A program made the position numbers and the translations under genes. Positions 13,000 through 28,470 of a stretch of 64,000 nucleotides of DNA are shown in pieces (positions within the stretch are counted from its first letter, which is position 1; every line of letters starts with the position of its first letter). The stretch is from Hamiltosporidium tvaerminnensis FI-OER-3-3. Its lineage: Eukaryota > Fungi > Microsporidia. The notes under the pieces are model-generated. The model ran no database searches. It saw only the letters and a list, made by a program, of their open reading frames with translations, and had not been told where the DNA came from. The DNA lies in contig CM061251.1 of assembly GCA_022605425.2 (NCBI GenBank), positions 941,215-1,005,214 on the forward strand, given 5' to 3'.

Positions 13000-15050
13000 A
13001 TTTTAATTTAAACAAGTTACCCGAAAAATAAATTACCCAACTGAAACTTATTGAAAAAAAAAGTAGAATTTATAGTTTATTGAAACTAACCCTCCTTATG
13101 AAATAATGTTCCCTTTTTCTCTGGTGAAACGAATCATTTTTATTTTTTTTGAAAATTAAAAGAGGACAAGATAGTTTAGAATACAGAATGTCATCCAAAT
13201 AAAACAGACCAATGGATTCATCTTTTTTTACATTTCAAAATGTACTGATATTTGCATTTTAAAACTGTCTTTATGCAATTGCAAAATTATAGGAACATGC
13301 AACAATCGAAAGATCTATTTCTTTTTTAGTTGAAACGTTTTGTCTAAAGATTTTTTTATCCTCAGTTTTTTGTATATGACATTTAGAAGATACTAGTTTA
13401 AAGATGAATTTTCAGATATTTTATTTTGTAATCAAATTTAAAACAAAAAAAATCATAAAATTAAGATTCAAATTAAAATATCAGAAAATTCGCTTTTTAA
13501 CTAAGATCTTTATAAATGCTATATATATTAGAAAGTAGGATTCTAAAATTACTTTTACAATTATTGATTCATCAGAAAAGAAAAAAACCTATAAAGACGA
13601 TTGCATGGTATATAACTCCCTTAGAATTAATTATACCATGGAGGTTTTTAAAATATTTAAATAAAGTAAGGCTTGTAAATTGCAATATAAAAGAAGTGAA
13701 ATAAATTGTAAAAGTAAATTTTGTAATATAATGACAAGGTCATTTCAAATATAAAATTTGATCTATTTTTGTTCCTATGGTGTATTGATATGAGGTTAAG
13801 CATACAATATTTTTATATTTTTTTATATATATTTACATTTTTTGGTATGAAGGTCTTATCCTAGTTTAGAGCCTGAGTAATACCGGCTCGGGGGTTTTCT
13901 ATTATTATTTTTTTAGTTTTAATGTAATTCCCGAACAAAAAAAACGTTTTTTTTAATTTCTGACAAAAAAAATTAATAGTCAATATTATTTTAAGATCTG
14001 CAATTTTGTTTTGGCACACTAAAATCACCAATTATTATTATATATTTAATCTTTTAACATTTTGCAATATAGGCATAATTAAAATTTTTTTGTTGGTCTC
14101 CATACTTATACCAGAATAATTGTGTTCTAACCCTGCTATATAACGCAATTATCTTCACTTTCATAATACCCTTTTCATCTTAGAATAAAAATATATTTCG
14201 TTGAAAATTTAAGCTTTTCAATAAAATTATTTTTCAACTTATAATGTATTTACAAAAAGAGGTTAAAATTTTATAATATATACACGAAGAACAAAATTTA
14301 CACCTCATTTAACGTTTCTTTTTTCCACGATAAAAAATACTTTTATTGGAATAATAATAAAAAATATAAACTTTTTAGACAGCTATTATCATAAGATTAT
14401 TTCCTAAATTTTTATTTCAAAAAAAAATGGATATCTCGAACACAAACGTATATCTAACAAAAATTTTAGTAAAATATTTCCTGCAGCAAATTTACCTTCT
14501 TAACTTTTTTTAAAAATTTATAATTTCCGTTTACATATCTTATATCTTTAAAAGACTTTTCCTAGATTTTCAAATTTCTCTGGAAATAGTCAAAAAAAAA
14601 AAATTATTCATTAAAGATTACAATAAAGATACAACAAGGGTTAAATAATAACCTAATAGAGAATTTAATTTTCTTCCCAGATTTGGCATTAGCACTACAT
14701 CAGAACGGCTTCAGCAGTAAAGTCATTTTTTCTATCATTTATGTTGAGAAAATTAGATATTTAAAGCGAGTAGGTATATACCAAGAAAAACTTCTAAAAG
14801 CCTTACAATACTTATTTTTAACCAAAATTTCTTATCCGCTTTGAGAAAACAAAAAGAAAAAGTATAAGTAATATCTATTTAATATAGCACCAAGAAAATA
14901 GGAACATAGTAAACGGATATATGCTTTTAATATAAAGAAAACTAAATGTAAATCAAGAAATAATTCTAAAATTTCAAAGGCATTCTTTTTTTTTCTTTAA
15001 AAAAGTAATTGGGTAAATTTAAATATCTTCGGAATATTTTGATTTTTTTT
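13000..15050 (+). pseudogene. Cassette gene A relic, copy I (unknown)
   Basis: Homologous to 35270-37855. Only short ORF remnants (13516-13704). Strand tentative. Confidence 0.4.
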
Positions 15051-15059
15051 TTTGATAAA

Positions 15060-17300
15060 AATATTTTTTTGAAAAATTGAACATCTTTCTAAAAAAAATA
15101 TTTTTCAATTAAATCTTTTGACTTTTTTTAGAATAGATTTATTAGTTATAGAATACAAGTAACTTACCGATTTTTTTTATCAGCATATTACAGATTTTTA
15201 ATAGGCATTAAAGGTAAATCCAAAGCCTTCAAACTAGTTTATAAAATACTCATAACATTCTTATGACAGATAAAATCGGAATTAAAAATTGTTTTAAGGT
15301 AAAAATGATGAGAATAAGGGGTTTGAACCGTCGAGAAAAAAGCAGTGATCATATAGAATTTAGCTTATATGAATTAGGTTCATATTCTAATATAGTCACA
15401 AAATATTTTTTTGCTTGAAACGGTTGCATATTTTATTTGATAATCTATTCCGAAATTTAAATAAACTGCAAATTGTCGATTTGCGGAGACTATATGGTAA
15501 CTAAGTATAAAATTAAAATATTTATGGTACAAAGAAATATTAAACTTCTATTATATGTAAGTATATCTGCAAACCCTTAATAATTTTACTAAGTATACCA
15601 AAAATCAAACTATACTATCTGAGAAATATAGCGGAATGTAAAATTTTTGGTTTCTATTAAAATTTTAAAATTTAAGAAAATTAACGTGATGTGTGAATTT
15701 TCTTTTCTGCGTCAAACATGAACCATTATTTACATATGATAATTCAAGAACGACATATACAATTAGTTAAAACTTCAAAAAATACTAATTTTAGAAACAT
15801 CCAGAATTACAAAGACAAATAACCCTTTAGTATATTGAGAAAATTTATTTTTGGAATGAGGTAGTGTTAAAATATCAACAGTAATAAGAAACAGCTAGAT
15901 TTAGACATAAAGGTTTGGTACAGATCATAATTTGTCTTTTATGTAAGAATTAAACTTCACTACATCCTCGGCTGCTCTGTAATAGTTGGTACTAGGAAGA
16001 ACAGCCTAAATATGCGAATTTTTTTCTTGATCTGTTTAAGTGTTCATGTAACGAAATGTAAAAGCGATAGAGCATGTAGCAATAGTATTTAAACTCAAAA
16101 CCGGTGATTTTGCAACCAAATTTTAACACCCGGTGCTGGAAGATAGAAAAATGCAAATCTTTAATGATCTAGGGAACGATATAACCACTTATGTCTTTTT
16201 ATAGAACATTTTTTGCCCAAATAAACTCTCGGTATTCTCCGGGTTACTTTATAAATGAAGATATACTAAAATATAAGATGGTACAGCGATAAAAGGATGT
16301 GTACGCGTGATATTTTAAAGTGAAATCAAACCAACAATCATATTTCAACAGAAAAATTATTTTAGAATAACTGCCTTTTGTTTTAAACATATTCCACAAA
16401 ACCTTTAAATAAGACAGCTTTATAATGTAGTCAGCCTTAAAGATACGAATAGAATTATAAGAAGGCGTTTTATATAAACCCTGACTATCTTTAATGCTTT
16501 AAAAATATCCCATATTTTGTTTTAAAAAGCTGCCCAGTTTTCCTACAAAATAATACTGCAAATTTAATGCCGATAATTTTTATGATATTGGTTCGTATTA
16601 ATATCTTTTGGCTTTATTGGTAGAAATTAAATATGAAAATAATTAAATATAGGTTTCCCCTTATTAAAATTTCTTAGAAGGAGTATATATACCAAGAATA
16701 AAGAAAACTATCAGAAAGATAATAGTAGAAAATTAGTTTGGCAAAATTTTATTTTGATGGATCTTAAATGGTTTCATATATCGAAATTTTTATTCAAATA
16801 TTTCATACTTAACAATTTCTTCCATTTAATTTCCATTTAAATTTATATTTACTTTCAGAAACTTGTTGATAAATACTTTTTTTCTGTTTCTTAATTCTAT
16901 GAATAATTTTTTTGTTTTTGCTATTTCACTTTTTTAATTCTGTTTATATATTAGGACTTTATGAATTAAATAAAAATTACAAGTAAGTTAAGATAAATTA
17001 TTTACCGTTATACATTGAAAAAATTGAATTTTTGTTATTTTGTTGGAAAATTACATTTAAATGATTTTATAGATCTAGTTAGAGGTTTTTATGAGAATTA
17101 GAAATTTTTTGAGATATTTAAAAGATTTTACAAACACCGAACAGATAAAACGTTTCAAAATATAAGTCTTTAGCAGAAAAACATAATTTAAAAAATTAGA
17201 ATTAAAAAATGATAAACTGTATTAGTAATCATAAATGATGTTGAATTACTAAAATAATATTATAATGCTACAATGAGGGATTCTAAAACAAGAAAATTAA
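15060..17300 (+). pseudogene. Cassette gene B relic, copy I (unknown)
   Basis: Peptide patch ILGCSVIVGTRKNSLNMRIFF aligns with IFGCSIEVFKKKNDLRIRAFF in copy II (~40585). Multiple stops and frameshifts. Confidence 0.5.
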
Positions 17301-17459
17301 AAGGTAAAATTGCCCAAACCCCTTACTTGTTTTTAACATTTATGCTTTCACTTGGCATTAAATAAAATAAAATAAATTTTTCTAAAAATAATTTCTTTAT
17401 ATTTTTTAAAAACTTCTACCCTACGTTTCTTCAATCAAAATCTATTTTTTATCGAAAAA

Positions 17460-18400
17460 AGAAATGAAGCTGTAAATCAGAAAATATGAACAGAAAAGAT
17501 GATAATAGATTTAATAACAGCAACAGTGATAGTTTATGATGTTTGATTTGTTTTCAAAATCCCAATGAATTACTCATAAAATGAATTTTTTGGTAAAAGT
17601 TGTTTTCAATAATAGAAAAATTATGAGAAAGTGAAATATATTAAGGCACTTTTAGATATCTAGCACAACGCCTCAAACTTATTATAAAACAAATGATTGG
17701 GAATTTTAGTTTGATTTGATTATATTATTTTGAAATCCATTTTTATGGAAAAGGAGGCTTCTATCTTAAGAGTTCCTTTTCTTTTTAATTTGAACAAAAT
17801 TTTTCTTTTTACGATTTTGATAAAAAAAAAGAAGAGGTACTGGGTGGTATGTAAGTTAATGATATATATTTGGTTAACTAGATAAAATTTGTTCTAGGGG
17901 TTTATGGAGAGTGTGTTTGGAAGTGGTTGAATGATTTTGGATTGTATTTTGACAGTATACTTACCTATTTGTAATTCGGCTACAACGGAGCACAAATAGA
18001 ATTTTTTTTAGTCTAATTGTAAAATATAAAAGTTTTCAGGGTGTGACTTCTCGAAGTAATGAATTTCCCCAAATTGAATTCCAGAAAAGAATACTTCTAT
18101 GTTTCTATAGATAAGAAAAAGATATAAAGTTTTTATTGAACTAGATATATTTTTTAAAACTGCTTGAAATATAGATATTATCATAAATTTGAATTAAAAT
18201 AACTTATGGGATATATTTAGAATATCATAATTGTAGAATTGCAGTAAATTACTTCGGATTCTATTGAAATAAGTTTTAGAACAAGAAGAAATATTCGTTT
18301 GTTTCATAAGGAAGAAATTTTAAAGAAATTAAATGATTTACAATAAATAAAAAAATAAAATATTTTAAAATTGGTTTATAATATCTACTTTGTATTTATA
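17460..18400 (+). pseudogene. Cassette gene C relic, copy I (unknown)
   Basis: G-skewed + strand. VPFLFNLNKIF patch shared with ORF 42319-42522. Confidence 0.55.
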
Positions 18401-18429
18401 TATATAAAAAAAAGAATATAATTTTTTTA

Positions 18430-20605
18430 AATTAAATTTTGCACTTCTTTGTTCTATTAAACACTTCTATTTGTTATCAGCTCCCATCTAATTTAAATAT
18501 TTCTATTTTTTGCAATTAGTAATTTATATTTCTTGGTTTAATATCTAAGGTATGTTTTATAAATTTGCTATTCTAAAAACATAAACCTTAAATGGGTAAA
18601 TATATTTCTTGGTGTCATAAATTTAATTCGAAATAGTCTATCCGAAAAATATTTTATTTAGTTATGAATATGGTATTCTATTTTCTCAAAAAGTACAATC
18701 GATCTTTGCTAATAGAAGTGTTATAGAAAATTCATAATATATTCAATGTGTGCCCAGTAAGGTATATCTTAAAGTATATAACTGTTACTTAATTCTAGAA
18801 TAAATATAGCTTAGGAATAACCCATTTGTTCGATAAGAGTATATCAGTTTTTAAAACCTTAACTCGTTTATATATCATCAAGATTTCATGTGTAGTTATA
18901 TATAAAATACAAGAGATAGTTTGAGACATAAAGTATTATTTTTAATGATTAAATATAGTAATTGAATTTAATGAAAGTTTTTTTTTTAAAACTTAACTAA
19001 TATTTTATAGATTTCTTTATCGTATAGTTATTTACTCCAAAAATTTGCTAATAAATAAATCTGTATATGAAGGTAACCATTTGTATTTCAGATTATGTAA
19101 AAGTATTTCTGATATCATTAAAATTATTTATAGATGTATACTAAGTGCTCTAATTTAATTTTCTGGTTAAATCCGACTTGGAAAAAATCGCTTGAGTTCT
19201 TACACATTGCCTTTTATATTCTATAGGAGCTAAATATTAAAAAAATCTTACATACTCTTTTCATGATACAAATCAGATTAGGTAGTTTAAAAAGTATAAA
19301 TTTGCTGCAAATTTTTTGGAACCTATATTGTACTTGATTGTGGAACTTGTTTCTTTCGTTTAATTAGGTGTAACCTTTATACAGTTGGTTAGGTAATAGA
19401 AGTTTAATGATAAGATAGTGCTAGGTCACATGTATACGATTCCAGATGATAAAAAATCCAAGATTGTTCCTACATATTGAAGTTTTGACCTACCAATTGT
19501 GCTTCTTTTTATATTTTAAGTCTTGAAATCTTAATTTTATAATATGATATTTGAACCAACAAACCCAATCAAAAATTTTATTTAGTGAATTAGAATAAAC
19601 GTCTACTTTAATAAACATACTTGATTTTTTACTTATTACAGTATAATATTCATCTATAAATACATTTTGAAATAAATGTATCTTTGATTCTATTATATTA
19701 CTTTATTCAAATTAATTTCCAAAAAGTTTGAAAATAAATTCTTAGCTTTACATATAAACAAGAAATATTATTTATATTAGTTATATGGAAAAAACTAGTA
19801 TTTAATTTAGTTTTAAATGAACAACTTTGTTTAAGGTTTATCTACTTTTAAAATAAACTTGAAATATCAGGTAAAATATTTTTTGTATTATATGCACGAC
19901 TGTATAAACAAATTTAACACCCAAAACTAGACAAAATTAAACTATTTTAAGGATTAGTTGTAGAATTTGTTTAAACAAAAGAAATAGGGTTAAGAAAATT
20001 AAAATATACAAATACTTAATGTAAAAACTTTTATTTAAATTTGCTTTCAGTATATAATTGGTATATAAACACATTTTTCGAAAGAGATTCTATCGTACTA
20101 TATTTTTATTTGAATTTATTTTGTATATCTTACTGTATACTATATATTTCCAAAAAAAAGACTTAACATTATTAAAAACAATCAATATACTTATAATAAA
20201 AATAATTTATGTCAGCACAATAAGACTACATAGTGAAAAACAAAGGATTTTTTTATATGGATATATTAAGGTGAACTACATATTGAGTTAATTTATATGG
20301 TTTATAGTCATATGAATAAAAAATTAATGTCTGTATAGATTGAGAGAATATCACATTAATATTGACACTAGCAATAATATTACACAACTCCTAAATTTTC
20401 GTAAAAGTAGTATAAATAAAATTCAAATACCCTTTTCACTTGTATATATTTCTTTCATATTATATTTGTATTTTTTTTGTGCTAAAGGAGCAATGCATAC
20501 ATAATACCTAACGATACCTGGCAGTTTGCTCAATTTTCGAGAAAGTATCTAATATGAGGTTATATAGAAATCCAGAGGTACGCATAAATCCCATATATGA
20601 TTTAA
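18430..20605 (+). pseudogene. Family D copy 2 (right end truncated)
   Basis: Colinear with copy 5 (e.g. TTTCTTTCGTTTAATTAGG, AACCAACAAACCCAATC). Homology stops abruptly at ~20603, before the 24-bp core. Confidence 0.7.
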
Positions 20606-22199
20606 TAGAACAATTTAAATTTAATTTTATATTTATATATCATAACATATTTCCTTCCATGGATGTAATAAAAGCCAATTAGATATATTTGAATATAAAT
20701 TTATCAGCTTCAATTAAGTGTTAACACAAATACATCTAGCTTTTGGGAATAAATAAAAAAATATTTTAAGCTCTACTTTTTTTAAGAGGTTCTTCATTAC
20801 AGTGTTAATTTAAAAAAATGGTTTCAAAAATATATTTTTGTCAAATATTTATCCTGTAACATTTGAAACAGATTCGAAGTTTATAAATTAATGAAAATAA
20901 TTATCTTTCGTGACATAAAAAAATCGTAATATAAATAAAAAATATTATAAACCTAAGCAAAAATATATATTAAGAATGCGAGATATATATGAAAAGTCTT
21001 AATTCATATACCATATCTTATTTAAACCCTGATTTATTTGTAATTTTCAAAAGGAAAGACTTATTTCTAAAATGTAATGAATTATTAAGACTTCTGCTTA
21101 ATATTCTGATTTAAATACTTATATATCAAATGGTTGTACTTGTATTTAAAAAGCTTTGTATGATTTCCAACATGATACATCTCTTCTTTTTACAGCTATA
21201 CAGTATAAGATAAATAGACTTTACAAAAATACCAAAATGAAAATTTTTATGCTTTTAAATAACAAATTGAAGTATTAAAAGATAGGTCTTAAAAATCGAA
21301 TTATGTTTATAATAACTCTAAGGTAATCTATTTACTTTTTGTTCTCTACTAGATCTCATTTAAGATCAGAATAAGAATTATTTAAAAAATTTTCAAATAA
21401 ATAAGAAAACTGTGTGACACTGAAAATGATTAAAAAATAAAGTAGATGCAGGGTGTCAAACCACAGAGATTTTTTATTTTAGTTCCATAGATATGCGTTC
21501 TTGTATAAAAGTTGTTTTATTTGTAGCTTGCAATGGTTATATGGCCCAAACAGCTATGTTTTTGTGTTAAGTGAACATGTGGTAGCAATAAAATACCAAT
21601 ATATTATAATTTAGTAGATTTCGTTATTTTTCGGATGAATTTCTTAATAAATGTGTAAGCCCATTATTTATTTTTTATTTTAACTTTGGAATTTCTATTT
21701 CTATTTTATATTAGCTCTTATGTAATTACTTATAGTTTACTAGTATACAATTTTCTCACTACATGTATGTAATAAATTTTTATATAACAAAGACTACTGA
21801 TAAGCTGGAGCATCACCTTAATATTTTTGTGCTCTATTATAATATAGAAAGTCTAAAAAATAAATGAAATGTTTCTAAAATGCAAAAAGATATTAATTTT
21901 CAAAGAAAAATCTAGAAAATTTATTGAAATAAAAAATAAGTTCAAATATACAATTGCACATACGTCTAAGGTTAAAATAGTTGTTTTTTCAAATCCTTAG
22001 AAATATATATTTAAAATAGATAATGAAATTTCAAAACTACGGATGTGCAAAAATTTATTTAGTATACAAAAAAAATTATTTATTCTTATTTCTAACAAAT
22101 CTATTAATGTTTTAAAATGATGCTAAATTATGATGGGCAAAAATCTAAAATTGATCAAACAAGTAAAAATCGAAAATCGAAAAGTTGGATTTGAAGTGG

Positions 22200-24480
22200 T
22201 TTTGAATGATTATTGGGTATAACACATAATTCAAAAAGAAAACATCTCAATCATTGAGCCTACACCAGACTCATATATCATAAAGAACAGATAGGTTCTT
22301 TCTACGTTTATAAAAATAGTTCAGGCTAATTGATAAGAATAACGTTTTGAGTTCCAAAGTAAATATAGGTAATTGATTTTTAAAAAGTTTGGGTTATGAA
22401 CCACAGCACATTATTTTAACCTTTTTTATAGTTATGATATATATCTTTACTTCGAATCTTTTCAAATAGGCAATTGCGTCTCATATTTAGACTCTTTGCT
22501 TTAGAGTTATTGTATTTAGGTTAATGATATTGGTATGGCTTTCTACTAATATATTATAAGTGAATTTTTTCACTTATTTAGTAGATCTGACTTTAACAGA
22601 TCGGATGAGTTCTTTGATACTACCCTTTGGATCATAGTTGTAACAGATGTAAATGGCTTTACCGATACACTTTTATAATCAAATCAGCTTAGGATGTTTA
22701 GAATATATAAATTCACCTTCGAATTTCTTGTAAAAATATTAGTTGATTGGGGCACTTGTTTATACGGCTTCTACATTAGGAATATTCCTTATAAATAGAA
22801 GGAAGATATACTAGATTCTTAATAAGATGGTTCTAATTTAATTGTAGAAGATTGGTCGACATTAAAAACTCAGCCCTATTTATAGTTTTTGTAATTTTTA
22901 ATAACAATTGCCTTTCTGTCTCTTTAAATAAGAAAAATAAAACTTTCGAATTGATAATCTAGAAATCCACAAACACTATTATAAAAATTTCAGTTGCTGA
23001 ATCTTAATATAGGCTATTTTCCTAAAATTTATTTCCTTTTTAATCTTTATGATGTAATATCCACTTATAAATATATCTAGATATAAAAATATTATCAATA
23101 TCTTCTAATTCAGATCATTATAGGTGTTTCTTCATCTTTGAAGATTTTTTCATCGGTGTAAAGCTCGATTAAGAAAATATGCATTAAAAAATGAACTAAA
23201 AAATTAAGTTTAGACTAAACTATATATTTGTTAAAAATTCCCTATCTTAATAGTAAATTAAAATATTATTTAATTTTTTTTCTTTGAATTATTGTTTGTG
23301 TAAATCCGTATTGGTCCGAAGAAAATTAAAGATCTAGGAAAACTATAAAAGAGATAACCCTACCATTTAAAATTTAGGTGTATTGTTTGTCTTTAAATAG
23401 GTAGATAAATTACGAACTTTAAAATAAACAAATAATTAATGTAGAATTATCATGGAAATATATTTTTAATATAAAAATAGGCTAGAAAAAACAAATTTAT
23501 TACTTTAAGAAATTTTGATATACAAAATTTTACGATTATATATAATTATTTAGTTTTTTACAATAAAATAATTATATATAGCAATTTAAGTTAGTTAAAT
23601 CTTACTAAAGAATAAAAATAAACTATTTATGTATAGGATCGATATAGTAAGAATAATCAAATCTTAAAATCATCTAATATAGATTTTTTGCATATTTATA
23701 AAAAATTAAAGACCGCATAAATTAAGATCTAAAAGAATATCAAATTTATTTTAAGAAAGGCAATATGATTACTTTTCTGATTTATTCACCTATAGGTAGT
23801 ATATATAATGTTTAAATACTCTTTCACATGAAATCTTTATTTTACTTAGATTTATATTCTTGTCAAGTAAAATAAACAATAGAAATATAAAAATGTTTGG
23901 CAGTTTGTGAAATTAAACGAAAAGTGAATAGTATAAGGTTAAATAGAAATCAAAAGTTACGTATGAAATCCCTATACAATCAATGTTTCCATCAATATAC
24001 TCAGGCTTTTTCACAACAATTTACAAAAATTTAATACGGCCATATTTAGGCTGAACACAACATATAATGAACAAGATTACAAAATCGTATTTTTAGAATA
24101 TGAATAAGTTTTTTATAGCCCGAATGTTCTATATAATTATAAAAAAACATCTAATACCTTATTCTAAAAAACTTCCAATTATGGTAAATTTTATAAGCTT
24201 GTTAGACTTAACACCTTAAAATCATATGAGAAGTAATACTACTAAATTATATGTTATTTATAAACTATTTGAAATAAATACAAAAATTTTAATAGATGAC
24301 TAAAAAATAAAATTAATTCCTCAAAAAAAAATAAAATTATACATTAGTTTGAAAAGGGTAACTCTAATCTCTAAATTAAAGATTAAATTAACCAGATTTG
24401 CTTTAGTTGAGAAAAAACTGTTTGCATGAGTGTCAAGTAACATAGAAAATAGAAATGGATGTTAGATCTAAAAAATGATA
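22200..24480 (+). pseudogene. Family D copy 3
   Basis: Anchors GAGCCTACAC (~22256), CCCTTTGGATCAT (~22623), GTTGATTGGGGC..GGCTTCTACAT (~22742), 24-bp core at 24168-24191. Confidence 0.7.
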
Positions 24481-24659
24481 GCATACTAAAGTGATTGTTA
24501 AAATAATAACTTAGTAGAATAATAATTTAAGCAAATTGTCACAAACAAAACCGGAAATTAAAAAATAGAAAAAAGCATATTAAAGAAGAAATATATTAGG
24601 AACCTAATAAGAAACATTTAGACCACTAGAAAAATTATAAATACTTCACGCTTTAGCTT

Positions 24660-27600
24660 TATTTAAAACTCAAATCTCGTATTATTAAATAAATTAGACA
24701 CGTTCCATGTTAGTAGAGCATGATACCAACATAAAAAATAGTAATTTCCAGTCTTTCTTTCTGAAGAAACGAATAACAGCGTCAAAATCATTCTATTTTG
24801 TCTTCTTACATATTCCATAAATGCCTTAAAGCCACAATTAGTAATTCTCTTTACATCATAATAACGCACGATGTTGATATCCTTGAATATTCTTTTGTTT
24901 CCCAGAAATCACGCTTATTTAAAATCCTTCAACATTTACTTAGGAATCACTTTAGTATTATAGAAATAATATTGATATGTAGTTTTAATATAACAATAAT
25001 TTTAGTATTATTTTCCATTAATTCCTTAAACATATTTTTATTTTTATCGTAAATAAATATAAAGCCAAGGGAAAGAGTAGACGCACTGACCTTTGCTAAG
25101 TTGTTTCTATAGTAGTAGAGCATATGGAAAAATACTGGGTGTATTATAAAATATCCTCAAACAGTACTTCAACCTTTTTTTTTAATTCACTCCGTTGCCA
25201 AGAAAAACGTGTTATAAGCCTAGAAAATTAACAATCGATAATCAAATATAAGTCTAACATGCCCACCATAGCCTCTCAACACGACTTTAGAAGACTTTGC
25301 TGTTATTTTCGCCTTTTTTCTCAGAAGATATTTATTAATACAATTGCAGCTTTTAAAGCCTTTTTTCTTGGTTGTCTGACAGTAAAATTCGTATCAACGC
25401 CTTTTAAACAAAAGAAATATCTAAGATACTTGAAAAGGTATTGGTTTTCAACACTAATATTATTAATATATATTTTAATCACATTTCAGCAATTATAAGA
25501 GTAGTTCTTTGCTTTCAAAATATATGCATTATTAGATGAAGGGCTTTGAATGCATCTGATATTCTTCTTACTCTGTTTCAAACTACTGCTATAAAGCAAA
25601 AGATCTTCTGCATAGCTAAATATATTATTCCTCAGATGAGAAGAGATATAGAAAATCAAATAATAAAGGACAATATTGAACAAACTTAAGAATATCCCAG
25701 TTCTTTGTGGTAACTCTTTGCAAAAAGTAGTACATTCTCTTTTTCGATTATACTCTATCAATAAATATTTTTTATTCTAAAGTAATTCTGCAATTAATAG
25801 AGTATCCATCGGAATAAACTCTTGATACAAGATAAGGTTCTTTTACAAACTTCTTTTTTGATCGTTTCATAGCTGATTTCATATTGATCGTTACGGAAAA
25901 TATCACTACTACTTTCTAAAATATGTTCTATCTGGAGGCTATTGGTAAAGGTTATGTTATTCCGTGTGTAACTGGTTTTTTTCTTTTATAAAACGAACCC
26001 GAATTTCGTAAATATGCTCTTTTCAAACAATTTACAAGTTTTTTCATTAGTGCGAGATTCCGTATAATTTATTTCTCTTTTTTATTGCTGTCATTGTATT
26101 TAGTTATACGCCTTTGGTACTTCTCGCAAAAAAATAAAAGAATTAAAATAATTATTTAAATGAACGAAATATATCTATGAACATGTTTATTCAAGTGCAT
26201 TTTTCTCTCTAAAATCACCCAGACTAATTGGCCGTAGTGGCTTTATTTCCCTTTTCAAATTTAACATAAGATTATACTAACTAAACTATCTTCTTTATCG
26301 CTTTGATAATTAAGACTGTCATTAATTTTTTAACTTTATCTTTATATAGTGTCAACAGAATACTGAATTATTGTTACTCACTACTGAACCAAAAGCTTCG
26401 TATATATTTACAAACACACGCATTCCGTTCTTACTACATGGAACAACTTTAGAAACCAAATCGTTAACAAGATTTGAATTCTAATATTAGAATTGGCTTT
26501 ATCTAAATAACTAATCTTCCTTTCATTTTTTTGATCAACTCTTAAATTTCTTTAAAATTAAAGTCAGTTATCGTTCTCACAGCTCGTTCAATTTCTTTTT
26601 AAATTAGCTATGATAAGGTTGTGCAGTTTATGAGAAACTTGTCTTTTTATTTGCAAACTCCTCGAAGCTTCAATTTAAATATCTTGCAATAATTCGAGTT
26701 TTTCTTTATTCGGTAATTTATTCAACAGAATTCATTTCTAGAAGTTAAAACTTAAATTTTATTGCTTAAAGGTTTTTTTAGCGTCTTATCTTTTAATTAA
26801 TTGATATTAAACATAGAATTTAATGTAAAATTAGCTTTATTCAAAAACACATTTATCAGTTTGTGATAAAAATTTTAATTTTATGAAGTTCCGGTCGTAC
26901 CTTAAATTTTGAAAAGTACATATGCTAGGGTAGAACATTATTCTCGAGCTTAAAAAAAGAAGACTCAAATTTTGTTTCATATAATCCCAACTCCGAATGC
27001 TTGTCGGGAACAAATTATTCGAATGTTACTGCATTCTCCAGATTGTAGCCTCCTAGCTTAATATCTTCATATCAGCAAATTTTCTTATTTTAGCCTTAAG
27101 TAAATGTAATGCATTATTTAAACGTGATTTGTAAATGAAAATTAAATATATTTTTGTACCTTGATACAAACACCGAATTTAGTCAAATCTTTAATTATAC
27201 TATTAAATTAATTTATCCGATAACACCAACATTTCCTCGGAATTAGAAACCGTGTTTTATTATTTTTTTTTAGATATCTTACAGGCAATTACCATATAAT
27301 CTGGATTTTAATTTTCTAACGTGTAGCGCCACTTTCCAGCAGATGCTACTATGCCAAAATTATTTACACTGAATAATTAAATTATTTTTTTTAAATTTGT
27401 ATATTAGAAATACGACCAATATTGTGAAAAGTAATTTTATTAATATTTTTTGACCCGATCTAATATTTCTAATTCTTATATTAGCGTTTTCCAGAAACTC
27501 ACAAGTTCTACCCTTGAAAATTAAATAATCTCACTTCAATTTTTTTAACTTTTTATTTATATTTTTTTTATTTCGTTTAAAAATGTTTTCCATTCTTCCT

Positions 27601-28470
27601 TTAAGTTTAGCAAATAAGGTTTCTTCTATTATCTGATCCAGGACTCTCTCTTAATAGGTGCGCGGGTAGTCTTTTAAAAATATCAATACATCATTTTTAA
27701 ATTTATTATTTATATAGGCTCGAATATTTTTTATCTCAGAAAATCTTAATTTATCACATATTTTAATTTATTAATCAATGGATCTGAAAGATAGGCTATA
27801 TATCAATGTTCTATTCCGTCTAATACCCTAAAGTATATAAAAATATATTTATTGATTTGAAAAAAAGATTCCTAGTTAAAACTTGTGCGATCGCACCCTC
27901 GTGTAACTACTTTCGATTATATCCGTACCTAATTCTTCTCATAGATTTTGGGTGCCTTTATTATTTATACAGCTTTTCCCACTGTCTTTTTAGTGATTTC
28001 TGGGTCTGTTACTTTTACTGGCTCTTTTTTTCTCTTAAGTAACACCTTGCAAATATTTTTCGCTTTTCTCTGCTAAATAATCTTCTACAATTGCTGCAAT
28101 AAGTGCGAAGATGATTTGGGTTTTTTCCCGTACTTTTATTGCTCATTCTAAAGAAGCTTATTATGTACATAATAGTTTGGGTTTCATCAATTATCACCTT
28201 TCTAGTTTTGGATAGGAAAACCTTTGATTCCATTCCAGATCACCAATTTTATTCTTTGTTTTTCTATTTCGTCAAAAGCTTTCGATCCTTCGGAACTTTC
28301 CATATTAATTAATTTGCAGCGTACATATACCTGCAAAATCTTTTTTGGATTCGAAACCGACGCTAAATCCTAGTAGTACTTAGAACCGGCAGGAATCAGA
28401 ACCTAATAAGATTTCATGCATTCTAAGATTAAAATTTTTTTGTATCGCGATATCCATTGAACCGTAAACA
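24660..28470 (-). pseudogene. Degraded coding-like or mobile-element relic region (unidentified)
   Basis: Raised GC, pyrimidine-rich + strand, cluster of short minus-strand ORFs (24663-24869, 25486-25761, 28015-28233). No recognisable motif. Confidence 0.3.

Larger units (their letters stand above)
13000..20605 (+). repeat. Segmental duplication copy I (A-B-C-D cassette), direct repeat of 35270-45185
   Basis: Colinear anchors: 13089/35354 (AACCCTC), 13430/35705 (AATCAAATTTAAAACAAAA), 13767/36582 (TTTTGTTCCTAT), 15255/39896 (AACATTCTTAT), 17771/42363 (AGTTCCTTTTCTTTTTAAT), 19351/43931 (TTCTTTCGTTTAATTAGG). Roughly 65-80% identity by eye. Confidence 0.85.

Noticed and set aside
28015-28233. 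CxxC (CSNC) as a gag zinc knuckle
   Set aside because: No CCHC completion and no downstream pol motifs.
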